NCBI RefSeq assembly: GCF_011745625.1
Contig: NW_027191457.1
Location: 372,001 to 436,000 of the forward strand
DNA from: Cladosporium halotolerans
Taxonomy: Eukaryota
Direction: 5' to 3'
DNA length: 64,000 nt
Both the position numbers and the translations under genes were made by a program. Positions 40,235 to 50,946 of the stretch are shown in pieces (the stretch's first letter is position 1; every line of letters begins with the position of its first letter). Below the pieces are notes generated by a model, which saw only the letters and a list, made by a program, of their open reading frames with translations, ran no database searches and was not told the DNA's origin.

Positions 40235-40709
40235 CTGGTGTGGTGTGGTGTGGTGAGTGTACTTGCTCGAGCTGGCTGGCTAGCTGGTCTCGAGGATGGC
40301 TGGGGGATCTTTTGACGTGGGATGTGTGCATGATTGTGTATGATTATTTGAGTCTATGAATGTGCAAAGATATCTTCTCGAAAGCTTTTCATGCTGTCTG
40401 TGGTGGTCTGTCACATCACAATGCCCGTCTGTAATTAACACCTACCCTATACGATACATGTAGATGAGTTGTAGCAAAAGTACGCACATGTCGCGCTAGT
40501 CCCGATAAGGAAGTCACGCGTCACGTCACCTCACATCGACTTTCCCGAAATCGATAAACACGAAGCACAGTATCAGCCATTGATCTAAGGATTTTGTCTG
40601 GAATAACGGAAGAAGCAACAAAGCCCTACAGACTGGAGTTTCGAAATCAATCAACAAGAGCAAGAAACGCTCAATCGACCACGAGAAAAGAAAAAAACCC
40701 ATAGAAGAC

Positions 40710-41339
40710 ATGACCGACCCAGAAATGCCGCCAACGCCGCTAACCCTCATCGTCGCCGCCACGCCCAAAAACGGCATCGGCAAAAACGGCTCCCTGCCCT
40801 GGCCCATGCTCAAGAAGGAAATGGCCTACTTCGCCCGCGTCACAAAACGCCTCCCTCCCTCCTCCTCCTCCCAGGAAACCAGCAGGCGCAACGCAGTGAT
40901 CATGGGCCGCAAAACCTGGACCTCTATCCCGCCTAAGTTCCGGCCCCTCAAAGACCGCACCAACATCGTCGTCTCGTCCCTCTCACGGGAGGACTTGGAG
41001 GGCGCGACGGACGAGGTGATCGTCGCGGGCTCGATTCAGGCTGGGCTGGCGGATCTCGAGGCGAGGGCGCGCGAGGGGAGGAGTCCGGCGCTGGGGCGGG
41101 CGTTTGTGATTGGGGGTGCGGGCGTTTATGGGGCGGCGTTGGGGTTGGAGGGGGCGAGGAATGTGCTGCTGACGAGGGTGGGGAGGGAGTATGAGTGTGA
41201 TACTTTCTTTCCGGATTTGGAGGCTGAAGGGTGGGAGAGGAGGGGGAGGGGGGAGCTGGAGGAGTTTGTGGGGGAGGATGTGGGTGGGGAGCAGGTTGAT
41301 GGGGAGGTGGGGTTTGAGGTGCAGCTTTGGAGGAGGTAG
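40710..41339 (+). CDS. DFR1: Dihydrofolate reductase
   Basis: LIVAA..GIGKNGSLPWP, NAVIMGRKTW, RPLKDRTN, FVIGGA, CDTFFP. Confidence 0.97.
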   Translation: MTDPEMPPTPLTLIVAATPKNGIGKNGSLPWPMLKKEMAYFARVTKRLPPSSSSQETSRRNAVIMGRKTWTSIPPKFRPLKDRTNIVVSSLSREDLEGATDEVIVAGSIQAGLADLEARAREGRSPALGRAFVIGGAGVYGAALGLEGARNVLLTRVGREYECDTFFPDLEAEGWERRGRGELEEFVGEDVGGEQVDGEVGFEVQLWRR

Positions 41340-41487
41340 GGGGGTTTTTGGCAGGGTAGATGGGAGAAAGGGTTGGTTGGGCTTCGGAAGGTTTGTGGTT
41401 CAAATTGTACGAGAATTAGCGGCTTCGGATTGGTCGACCGTGTCACTGAACATGGATTGTGCGAGAGGAGTTGGATCGTTCTGTGGG

Positions 41488-42743
41488 CTACAGTATTCCC
41501 GGACAGTGCGGGCGCGGTTTCCTCGCAATGTCTCTCCCCATACCAACAGTGTCCACAATCATCTTTTTCTTCGCTGAACCTCCGTCAATACTAGTGCAGT
41601 AGAGCTGAGGACTTGTGTGAGCTTCAGATCTTAGGTCCCTCGTTTTGTGCCAAGTGAACACCGGCTCGGCATTCGGCAAGGAGATAATGAAGGGATTCTG
41701 AAAGTCGATTGAATGTTCGTCCATCGCTTTCGCGTCTTCGGGGGTGCGGCATACTTGCTTGTGGCGACGGTAGTCCTCGCGCTGGCACATAGTGTTGCAG
41801 TAGATTTGATCCTTGCAACGATCGCAAACCAGAGCCTTGACGGGTTCAATACCGCAGCCACCACACACCTTCTCATTGGGGCCGTATCCCATCTGTGCCT
41901 TCATGATAGGGCTGACGATAGAGTCATGACACTTGTCGGTTTCGACCAAGATAGCGTAGTCTTGATACACACCTCCCACCATTCCACCGACGTGCGCATC
42001 CGGCTGGACGTCGAACACATTTTCCAGCGGGCGAGCGTAGTTGGCAAAGTCGATGGGAGTCCCAGGTTGGAAGCCACCGTTCTTGTTAAGCGCTGTAGCC
42101 ATCTGCACTCTTGCGCCATACACGAGAGGAGCGAATGGTAGAACGCCGAGCATCATGTCCTTGAATGTTGGGAAGAGCTGTTTGAAGCCTGGACTGGTGT
42201 GAAGGGTCGAGCAACCAAGACTCATCGCACAAGCCCCGAGGATGACGGGCATATAGCCATGACAGGTGTAATCGGAGGCCGCAATTGGGTTGAAGAAGTT
42301 GGCGACCAGCTTACGCACAAGCTTGTGCAGCACACCAGAGTCGAGATGATCGCGGACCTTCTGTGCCGCTTCAAGGTTCGAGCAGTTGCCTGCGTACACA
42401 GAGTAGGTGACGTCCTCGGCTCCAGGGGGCATGTTTGCTTGTGGGTAATTGATGCCGTCCTTGGTAGCGGGATCGGTCGACATGTCGCCGTCTTCTGTGG
42501 CAGACGGCTCAGTCACCTTGAGCTGGGCAATGCCATCTGAGATGGTGGAAAACTGAGTTGCTTTGAGTTGAACAACGCCGGCAAGCTCGTCGAGGTAAGC
42601 CACAGCAACCATGGCACCATCATTCTCCTGGTCCAGTGTTAGCATGTACACAATCGGCAGACCAAACGCCTGCTTATGGACTGTTCACTCACAAAGACTC
42701 CCTCGCCCCACACTCTACCTTTTGTAGGTGATATGAACGGCAT
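41488..42743 (-). CDS. MYND zinc-finger protein (short first exon MPFISPTKGRVWGEGVF, then an intron)
   Basis: CGGC..CDRC..YCNTMCQREDYRRHKQVC; GTGAGT..CTAAC..CAG intron at about 42630-42692. 3' end uncertain. Confidence 0.75.
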
Positions 42744-43085
42744 GTTCGTGGATATTGATGGCAGTTGTTGGATGGCAGAATTGCTCAGGAAGAGGCTGAG
42801 CGGAGGTGCTTGTTGTGGTGGTTTGTGCGAAAACCAGACTAGCTCTGTCAGGCAACCGCCAAGTAGCACTCTTCATTTCAGACAGGCAGTCACCGACGCC
42901 TGCGGTCAAGTGACCCAGACGCACGGAATTCACTTCAAAGCGAAGGTCAAGCACGCCCTCGGGAGGATACTTTATCATCGGCCTCCAATGTGTTGGAACA
43001 TCATTCTTGAAAAATCCTGGTATCTGTAGACTCCACGCTAGCATCCCAAAGAAAAGCAATAACCCATCCCAAACCTTTCAAGGTA

Positions 43086-43897
43086 TCAAAAATCCGTTTC
43101 CGCGCCATTGCCAGAGACGACCCTCCGTTCACCATCTCTGCCTTCTCGGATCTCAGGACCAGCTCCGAGGCCTTCTCCGACGACCCCATTGTGGTGGTTG
43201 ATACTCGTCTGGTCCTCTTTGCCATTTGCATGTCCCGCACTTCCAAACGTAGGTGACTCCCTCGCATCATAAGACCAATGCCCATCTACAAAAACATTCG
43301 CACGAACAGTACTCCCATCGTCGCGCTGGACAAGCGGCGGCTCCTCCCCAGAAGAAGGCTGCGTTCCTCGCAGAGAAGGCGCAGGCGCATCAGCAACAGA
43401 CTGCTTCCGCCTCTTCTTATCGCGATGCGGGCGGTCGGCCGGAGGCTACACACGGGTCTCCAATCAGTCCTCCTGCAATCTGCATTCCAAGCTCAAACGC
43501 CGCGTAAGGGGAGCAAGGAAAGAACCCACCGCGCGAGTGGCCGTGCTTGCAAACTCAAGACAGACCTACCGTGCCGACGCCCTCGTCGCCGCTGGCCTCG
43601 CTACCCTCGACGTTCGGCTCCATGCGCTTGCTAAGCTGCTCGAGCAGGAAGGCGCGCTCCAGCCGCATCTTCATGATCGCGCGGTCGAGGCGCACCCGCC
43701 GGATGCGCGCTTCTTCGTTCGCGGCTTCGACTTCGTTTAGACGGCGCTTGAGCTGGATACATTTGCGGTAGTAGGCTTTTTCGACACTAGGTGCGAGAGG
43801 TGTGCCGGCGGCGCGTTTGGAGGGGACTGTAAGGCGGGTGGGTTAGTGGAGGATTGAGGTGGAGGTTGGGATTGAACGTACTGAGCGGAGGAGCCAT
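43086..43897 (-). CDS. INO80 complex coiled-coil subunit-like protein (3 exons; absent from ORF track)
   Basis: Spliced reading MAPPL|IPSKRAAGTPLAPSVEKAYYRKCIQLKRRLNEVEAANEEARIRRVRLDRAIMKMRLERAFLLEQL..; the RLERAFLLE coiled coil resembles fungal INO80 accessory subunits. Confidence 0.7.
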
Positions 43898-44159
43898 TGC
43901 TGTGAAATTGGTGTTTGCGAATGAGTGTCTAGCGCTGTGAAACTGGCAACGAGCGTGTCTGGCAGACTTGGTATGAGGCGGTTGGCGGCTTTGATGGTGT
44001 TGAGATGATGGAATGCGCAGGGTTGGTCTGTGTACAGTAGGTATCCTAAGATGCGGGTGAAGCATGTGAGCGGCTGACGTCGCGGTCGCGCCGCGAGGCG
44101 TGGAGAGGCCAATTTGTAGTAGTATATCATTTTTACAAAATACAGCGCCAACAAGATCT

Positions 44160-44233
44160 GGTCGATTAGCTCAGTTGGTTAGAGCGTGGTGCTAATAACG
44201 CCAAGGTCGCGAGTTCGACCCTCGTATTGACCA
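44160..44233 (+). tRNA. tRNA-Ile(AAU), intronless
   Basis: Acceptor stem GGTCGAT/ATTGACC; D arm GCTC..GAGC; anticodon arm TGGTG-CTAATAA-CGCCA; T loop TTCGACC; T-runs downstream. Confidence 0.96.
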
Positions 44234-45053
44234 TATTCTTTTGCCATTTTTTTGGTCAGGATTTCGATGGGGAAATGCAGGGCTGTATCGACCCTTGGTA
44301 GACCTCGCTTCGAGACGAAGTCAATGTGATGGGCGAACATGTGAAGGCTTCAACCCCTGCAGGTGAGCATGCGGCGGGTTAGAGGCAACGATTTGGCGGC
44401 GCCGGTGGGCTGGCTCTGCCTGGCTTTCCTTTCATGTGCCCGCGCCACAAACAGCGTCATGCCACTTTCACATGCCTCCGCACCGCAGCCTAGACGAAGA
44501 TTTCACCTTGCCTCGCTTTTGCACCACTGAACGCTGTTTCACTGCCCAAACATCCCGCGTTGGATCGCTCGTCTGCTGTCGGCTCGCAAGGTTCTCCCAC
44601 GTGCAATTTACGGATCCGGCTGAATACATCCCGCATTTCCACACACTCAGAAACATCGCCGTCTGCCGGTCAACTTTCCGCCGCCGCCCTTTTCCCAGGA
44701 GTGGACACGGACGGCTCTCACCACAAAATTGATTGCCGGCCGGCTGTGCACGCACATTGATTAAAACACCCACTTTCCCCGTCCTCGGAGAAGAACAAGT
44801 GTTCGGGCGGTCTTCCACCGCTGGCCTAAGCACTAGCGCTAGCAGCAGTAGCGACTCCAGCAGCCAACGCCCGGACGGACGCATATCTGAAGACAATTCC
44901 CGCGAGGCTTGTTATTCATCCGAATCTCCTTTGCTTCGACTGCTTGATTTGAAGATCCGACATCCAGCGTACCTGGCTCTCGACTCTTGAAATTATCAGA
45001 TCCGTCTGATTGCTTCCTCTTTGAATCTTAACCGGGGTGCATGAGCGGTGACG

Positions 45054-46306
45054 ATGGAGAAGTACGGGCAGTATCGTGACAAGGGTACGCATCCAGTCGT
45101 GTACAATGTACTTCCGATCTAGCAGTATTCTGACCAAATTGTTCACAGGCTCCGGCATTGCTCCCTTCTTTCCCGTCTCGTCTGGAGCAGGCAGCTCGCC
45201 TTTGCTGTTTCCGTGGCGGCTGGTATGTGTCAATTTACCTCCATGGCCGCCTCCATTGTGACATTCCTTTACTGACAATGAAATGCCTAGTTTCTCTTCT
45301 GCCTTCGTGTACCGTTTCTGATCTTCGCATGTTTCATCTGGTTTGCTTTCGTTCAATGGACCACGCCTGGAACTCTTCTCCGCAAAGCGAATCTCTGGTG
45401 CATTATCGGCATTCCTGGGATCTGGTGGGTTGACCTGCAGGTCGATGGCGTTAGGCGAGGGTAAGTTGGAAAGGCTCTAATCCATCTCACACGCACTTAC
45501 CAATATTCTCTAGATCCCTAGGCAAGGCTGGCGCAACCCACATGCCCGGCTCGGGCTCCATCGTCGCCGCCTCCCACACCTCACCCCTCGACATCCTCTA
45601 CCTCGCCACAATCCTCGACCCAATCTTCACCCAATCCTACCCGGGCACCAAACTCCTCCGCCCCATACCCCTCACCACCGCCCTGCTCTCCTGCTTTACC
45701 ACCCCACCCACCGCCCCTCCCGCCCCAGGAACCAAAGCCGCCACCCAACTCACAACCCTCACCACCATAACCTCGCAAAACCCCTCGCGCATCACCGCCG
45801 TCTTCCCCGAAGCCACCCCCTCCAACGGCCGCGCCATTCTCTCCCTCACGCCCGCCCTCCTCTCCGCCTCCCCACGCTCCAAAATCTACCCGGTCAGCCT
45901 GCGCTACACGCCCGCAGACATCGTCACGCCGCTCCCCGGCCTCCTGCCCGCACTCCACTTCCTCTGGACCCTCCTCTCGAGCGGCAGCCACTGCATCCGC
46001 ACGCGCATCGGCGCCGCCGTCCGCAACCCGCCCGCCGACGCGGTCGCGGAGCAGCGTGGCGCGACGAACGGCGCGAGAAAGTCGGGCTACGAGAGCAATT
46101 ACTTCGACACGCTGGCGGCGCGCGGTGGGGAAGGGGAGGAGGGTGTGGATGAGGATGGGCTGTTGGAGCCCGAGAGGAGGGTGCTGGATATGGTTGCGGA
46201 TTCGCTGGCGAGGCTGGGGAGGGTGAAGAGGGTGGGTTTGGGGGTGAGGGAGAAGGCGCGGTTTGTGGAGGTATGGAGAAGGGGGAGTAGAGCTAGGAGA
46301 GCGTGA
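45054..46306 (+). CDS. LOA1: Lysophosphatidic acid acyltransferase Loa1/Vps66-like (3 exons)
   Basis: MEKYGQYRDKG|SGIAPFFP..GIPGIWWVDLQVDGVRRG|..SHTSPLDILYL..VFPEATPSNGRAIL. Confidence 0.82.
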
Positions 46307-46733
46307 TGGCGGGTGTTGGGTTTTGTTTGATCGTCTTGCAGTGCCTTCTTCGTGCGAGGCTTCGTTCAGGGAGGATGTTTTTGGGTGGCAGATGGGTGTG
46401 GAAGGGTGGCCCTAGGCATTTAGTTATGGCCTTCAGACTGGGCGGTGAGGATGGGAATGGCCTTTTTGTTCTACTTAGATCTAAAAAGGCCGTGAAAAGT
46501 CCAAGGAGAAGACGTGAACGGAGACGATGTGGCAAAATCAAAAAAAGACCAGTACATAGCTAGCGATAGCGAACCGACTACTTCTTTCTCTTTTTAGACG
46601 ATGGCACATTGTGGAACCCGTTGTGGTTCAATTTTCTTCGCATCTTTAAATAGAGCATTCAAGCCAAAAAGCTATCGTTTCCGCAAAACCGCTGAAATGC
46701 GATCGCTCGCACCACACTGCAAACCCCGATCAC

Positions 46734-48296
46734 CTACCTTCTCCTCCCACCACCACCACCGCCACCGCCTCTCCTCCGTCCACCTCCACCGTGCCCCGCA
46801 CCACCGCCCGCCCCGCGATCCCTTCCAAACCCACCGAAATCAACTCCACCATCGACAACCACATCTCCATCCTCGAACGTATACCGCCTCAGCTGATCCA
46901 ACGCCGTGCCAAGCGGTTTCTGCCGCCCGCCGTCCCAGTCGCGGCTTGTTTCGCGATCCAGCTCGTCGAGTCGCTTATCAACCAGAGCGGGCGAGACGGG
47001 CTGGTAGAAGAGTTTCGGCTGCGCTTGCGTGCAGGGGAAGTGCGCGAGCGCGGTGGGAGAGTAAGGCGGTTTGCGCGGATGCATCGGCGCAGCAGGGCGC
47101 GAGTTGCGAGGGCCCGTCGGGGCGTTGGGCATGCCGGGGCCGGGCACCGGCGTGGCAGTGCTGACGCTGCCGGGTGCCGTGGCCTGGGGCACTCCTTCGA
47201 GCGTGGCGAGGGTTTCGCCGGCGGGAGAGGTGGAGTAGACGACTTCGAAGCGCTTGGATTTGCCCGCGTCCTGCTCCGTCGCGATCCAGTCATGCGTCTG
47301 CGCGGGCGGAATGAAGTCGACCCAGAGCGGTTTGCGCTGGCTTTCGTCGGGCCAGATGCGGTCGTGCAGGCCGGCACGCGCGCGGGCGGCGGCCGAGGTG
47401 GAGGTGAAGATGACGAAGGCGTGCGATTTGAAGGTGTCCAGGTGGATTGTGTCGATGAGCGAGTCGTCTATGGGTTCTTGTGGGGGAGTTGCTAGGTTGA
47501 GGAGGTGGTCGCGGAAGGGTGGGAGTTGGAGGGGTCGGAGGAGGTTGCGAATGTAGAGCGCGGAGGTTGGAGGGTGTTGTGAGGGAGGACCGGTCTCGTC
47601 TGAGGCTGTGTCCATTGCCATTGGCTCAGTAGAAGCTGGCCGCTCCTCTGAAACATCCTGTGCTGATTTCTCTGCCGACTTTTCGATGTCCTCGTCCTTC
47701 ACTTCTTCCTGGCCGCTGACATCCATCACATCGTCGCTAACCGCAGTAGGTTGTATGGTTTCTTTTGCTGATTCCTCGACTGGTGCAGGCGCCTCCTTTG
47801 GTAAGTCTTCTTGCAAAGTTGGCACTTCTTCTTCGTCTGCCGCTCTGAGCTTCTTCTGAACGGAGTCTGAGCTGATGGGAGGCGTAGGGCTTCTGCGCTT
47901 CCTTTTGCGACTGTCGGTCTGGTCGTCGGCAGTTGGTGACGCTGCCTGAGGCGTGATGGTTTCCGCGGGCAGCGCGTCTTCCTTCGCGGGTGCAACAGGT
48001 TGGTCTGCCGGTACGTCGTGACTCTCCGATTGTTGCACGGCATCATTAGAAGGCGCATCGTTCGCGGGAGTCGCGTCTTCGCCATTCTGATCGTCGCCAT
48101 TGTTCGGTGCGCTCGAAGCGTCCTCCTCCGCCTTTGTGTCCTCATTATTTCCAACTTCGTCGCCGCTTTTTTGCGCGTCTTGCGCCTCCAGTGCTTCGAT
48201 ATATTGCTGTTTCCTGGTGAGGCCTGTGGAAGGGATGCCGCGCTCCTTCAGCAGGTCCTTGAGCTCGGCGGCCTTAAGGCCATTGTAGTCGGCCAT
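46734..48296 (-). CDS. Acinus-like protein (SAP domain + RRM + RSB-like motif)
   Basis: SAP LKAAELKDLLKERGIPSTG; RRM ALYIRNLLRP..SHAFV..LHDRIWP..PLWVDF; FPCTQAQPKLFYQP; Gly/Arg-rich tail. Confidence 0.85.
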   Translation of the reverse strand: MADYNGLKAAELKDLLKERGIPSTGLTRKQQYIEALEAQDAQKSGDEVGNNEDTKAEEDASSAPNNGDDQNGEDATPANDAPSNDAVQQSESHDVPADQPVAPAKEDALPAETITPQAASPTADDQTDSRKRKRRSPTPPISSDSVQKKLRAADEEEVPTLQEDLPKEAPAPVEESAKETIQPTAVSDDVMDVSGQEEVKDEDIEKSAEKSAQDVSEERPASTEPMAMDTASDETGPPSQHPPTSALYIRNLLRPLQLPPFRDHLLNLATPPQEPIDDSLIDTIHLDTFKSHAFVIFTSTSAAARARAGLHDRIWPDESQRKPLWVDFIPPAQTHDWIATEQDAGKSKRFEVVYSTSPAGETLATLEGVPQATAPGSVSTATPVPGPGMPNAPTGPRNSRPAAPMHPRKPPYSPTALAHFPCTQAQPKLFYQPVSPALVDKRLDELDRETSRDWDGGRQKPLGTALDQLRRYTFEDGDVVVDGGVDFGGFGRDRGAGGGAGHGGGGRRRGGGGGGGGRRR

Positions 48297-48811
48297 TGTC
48301 GCGTGTAGATACTCTTCAGTCGCGATAAATATGTGATATAGCAATGGGTGAGACCGGTGGATGAAAGGAAGATCTGGCGCACGAATGCGGTCGTTGGAGC
48401 AGCTCAGACCTCAAGCTTTGCTCTGCGTGTTTTGCGCCTGCTCTCGCTCGCGTCTGACGTAACGGCGATCTGCAGGGACGGCGGCGGCGCGCGCAGTGGC
48501 CCGCTGCGAGATGGGCAAGGCGTTGCGTATTCGGCCTGGCGGTGGTGGGGGAGAGACACATCGTTATATTATCATCGCAACAGGGGTGCAGGCCGCTCCT
48601 CATCGCATGCCAGTGCCAGTCACGCGACCTCAACTTCACTCACGCTCCATACAGAGACGATATACTACACACCGCCGACCAGACGCAGCGCATTCGAACA
48701 GACCAGTCTGGCCTCCACTTCTCCACAGACGCGCACCCACTCCGACATCTCTCTCCATATCTCAACACCTCTGCGACTCTCTTGCGCCAACACACTGGCA
48801 ACTCGCCCAAG

Positions 48812-50076
48812 ATGAGTAAAATGTGGGAGGTTGACCCGGAGACCCGGTCAAAACTAGGCGAAATCGCAAAGACGAACGAGAACAACCGCTGCATCGACTG
48901 CGGCGCCCCGAGTCCCCAATGGGTACGTCTCGTCTGGCCTCGAATGGCAAGAATCACATGAGCACCCGCTAACGCCCGCCTCACTTCCAGGCCTCACCCA
49001 AACTCGGCATCTTCTTCTGCCTCGCCTGCTCCGGCATCCACCGCTCGCTGGGCGTGCACATCTCCTTCGTCCGATCCGTCACCATGGACGCCTTCAAGCT
49101 CGCCGAAGTCAAGCGCATGGAGCTCGGCGGCAATAAGCCCTTCAAGACCTTCTTCGACGAACACACCTCTAACACCGCCATCGGCCGCGTCTTCGACGAC
49201 TGTACCATCGCCGAGCGATACGACTCCGACGCCGGCGAGGAGTGGAAGGAGCGCCTGACTTGTAAGGTTGAGGAGAGGGAGTACGTGCCCGGCGCGACAA
49301 AGAAGGAGCCTCCGGCGAAAAAGGCCGCCGCTGGCGAAATCCCTACCCCAGGCGGAGGATCAGGCAGGAACACACCTTCGGCGCAAGGATTCGGGCCGGA
49401 GTCTCAAAAGGCGAAGAACGAAGCCTACTTCGCCTCGAAAGGCGCGGAGAACGCTTCTCGGCCTGAGGGCCTCGCGCCCTCGCAAGGCGGCAAATACGCG
49501 GGCTTCGGCTCCTCGCCCGCCCCCTCCAGCAACAACACAGACGAGTTCGGCGCGCCGACGACAGACGACTTCCAGCGCGACCCCGTCGCGGCGCTGACGA
49601 AGGGCTTCGGCTGGCTGGGCAGCAGCTTCGCCAAGCAGGCCGCGAGCGTTAACAAGGCCTACATCCAGCCGGGCATGGCGAACCTGAACTCCGGCGACTT
49701 CGCCGCTCAGGCGAAGCAGTTCGGCACAAACCTCGGCTCCGGCCTGCAGCACACGTCGCGCGGCTTGAATGATCAATTCAACAGGTTTGTCGACCCGGAG
49801 CACAGCGGCGCGGGCGGCGCGGGTGGGAGCAGGTCGGCGGTGGCGCCGGAGAAGAAGGATTTCTGGGACTCGTTTGGCGCGGACCCCGCGGGGCCGCCGA
49901 AGGAGAAGAAGGACTTTTGGGATGATTTTGCGGCGGCGGGAGAGGCGAAGGCGGCGCAGCAGCAACCGAAGCCGAGGAACGTGGGCACGAGTGCGATGAA
50001 GAACGCGGGTTCGTCGGGGGCTGGCGGACCGTCGGCGTCGAAGAAGGATGACGATGGTGGGTGGGGAGATTGGTGA
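48812..50076 (+). CDS. GCS1: ArfGAP (Gcs1/ArfGAP1 type); intron 48923-48990
   Basis: CIDCGAPSPQW|ASPKLGIFFCLACSGIHRSLGVHISFVRSVTMD; GGKYAGFG; DFWD repeats; C-terminal WGDW. Confidence 0.92.
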
Positions 50077-50582
50077 TCGGTTTCTAGATTTCTATAGAGA
50101 TGAGGAGCAGGAGGCTGGCGTGGCATTTTTGGCATTCGCCTGGGCGGCATTTCGAAGCATACGAGCGGGTCGAGGAGCGTTTGTCATGAGCAAGAGGGTA
50201 TGTTTCATTGATTCCATCGAATTGACGACTACATATGAACGGTCGCTACGTCGATCTTTACGCAAGCTTATCTTCTTCCCATTATACCGGTAGCGGCTGC
50301 GTGGTGGACATTCATACGCGTGGCTTTCGGGTCTCGTGCCATTGACCCTGCCCAGTCTGTAGTGGCTGCATTCACTTACATCTTGCCATTGCAATCATGT
50401 CTGCGCTCGCAGCCCTCGGTCGGAACGTCTCAGTCCATGCCGAGGAAAGTCAGAGGGTTTCTAACCTCACTTCACCCCCACGCCCAGCCCTTCACCCCCC
50501 ACGTAATCACGTGCCATGTTTTTCACATATATATTTTTGCGCAGTTGCCTATGACATAACCAGAAGCATGAGTAGGCGATTC

Positions 50583-50768
50583 GGTCATGTGGCGCAGTGG
50601 GAAGCACTATGACGGAGACCCCCCGGGGTCGGCCTCGCCAGTCATCGAGGACTGCTGATCTGGCACACCCACCGAAAGCAAAATCCGCCTTAACACCGCA
50701 GGTTTTCTTGACACCCCCCGAACGAGATGGGGTGGTTCTTTTGCCGGGTTCGAATCCTGTGCACGGCA
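50583..50768 (+). ncRNA. Putative Pol III tRNA-like structured RNA with enlarged anticodon and variable arms
   Basis: A box TGGCGCAGTGG (50590-50600), B box GGTTCGAATCC (50747-50757), TTTTT at 50773-50777, and several internal helices; no valid anticodon loop. Confidence 0.6.
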
Positions 50769-50946
50769 ATTGTTTTTGCTGGTGTAGTGCGATGCTGTGT
50801 TTCACGTGACGGTTATGAATTGGCACCACCACAACCACCCATCTCTCCCTTGCAATCAGTAGCCGAGACGTGCTGTGTTAGAATGGTCCATACCTCTGCG
50901 TAGCATTCTGCATCAATCTGCGCAATATCTCAACAAACCGCATATC

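Noticed and set aside
50411..50465. GAGGAAAGTC resembling the RNase P/MRP CR-I motif
   Set aside because: Lacks the following CC(CC), and I found no matching P4 3' strand.
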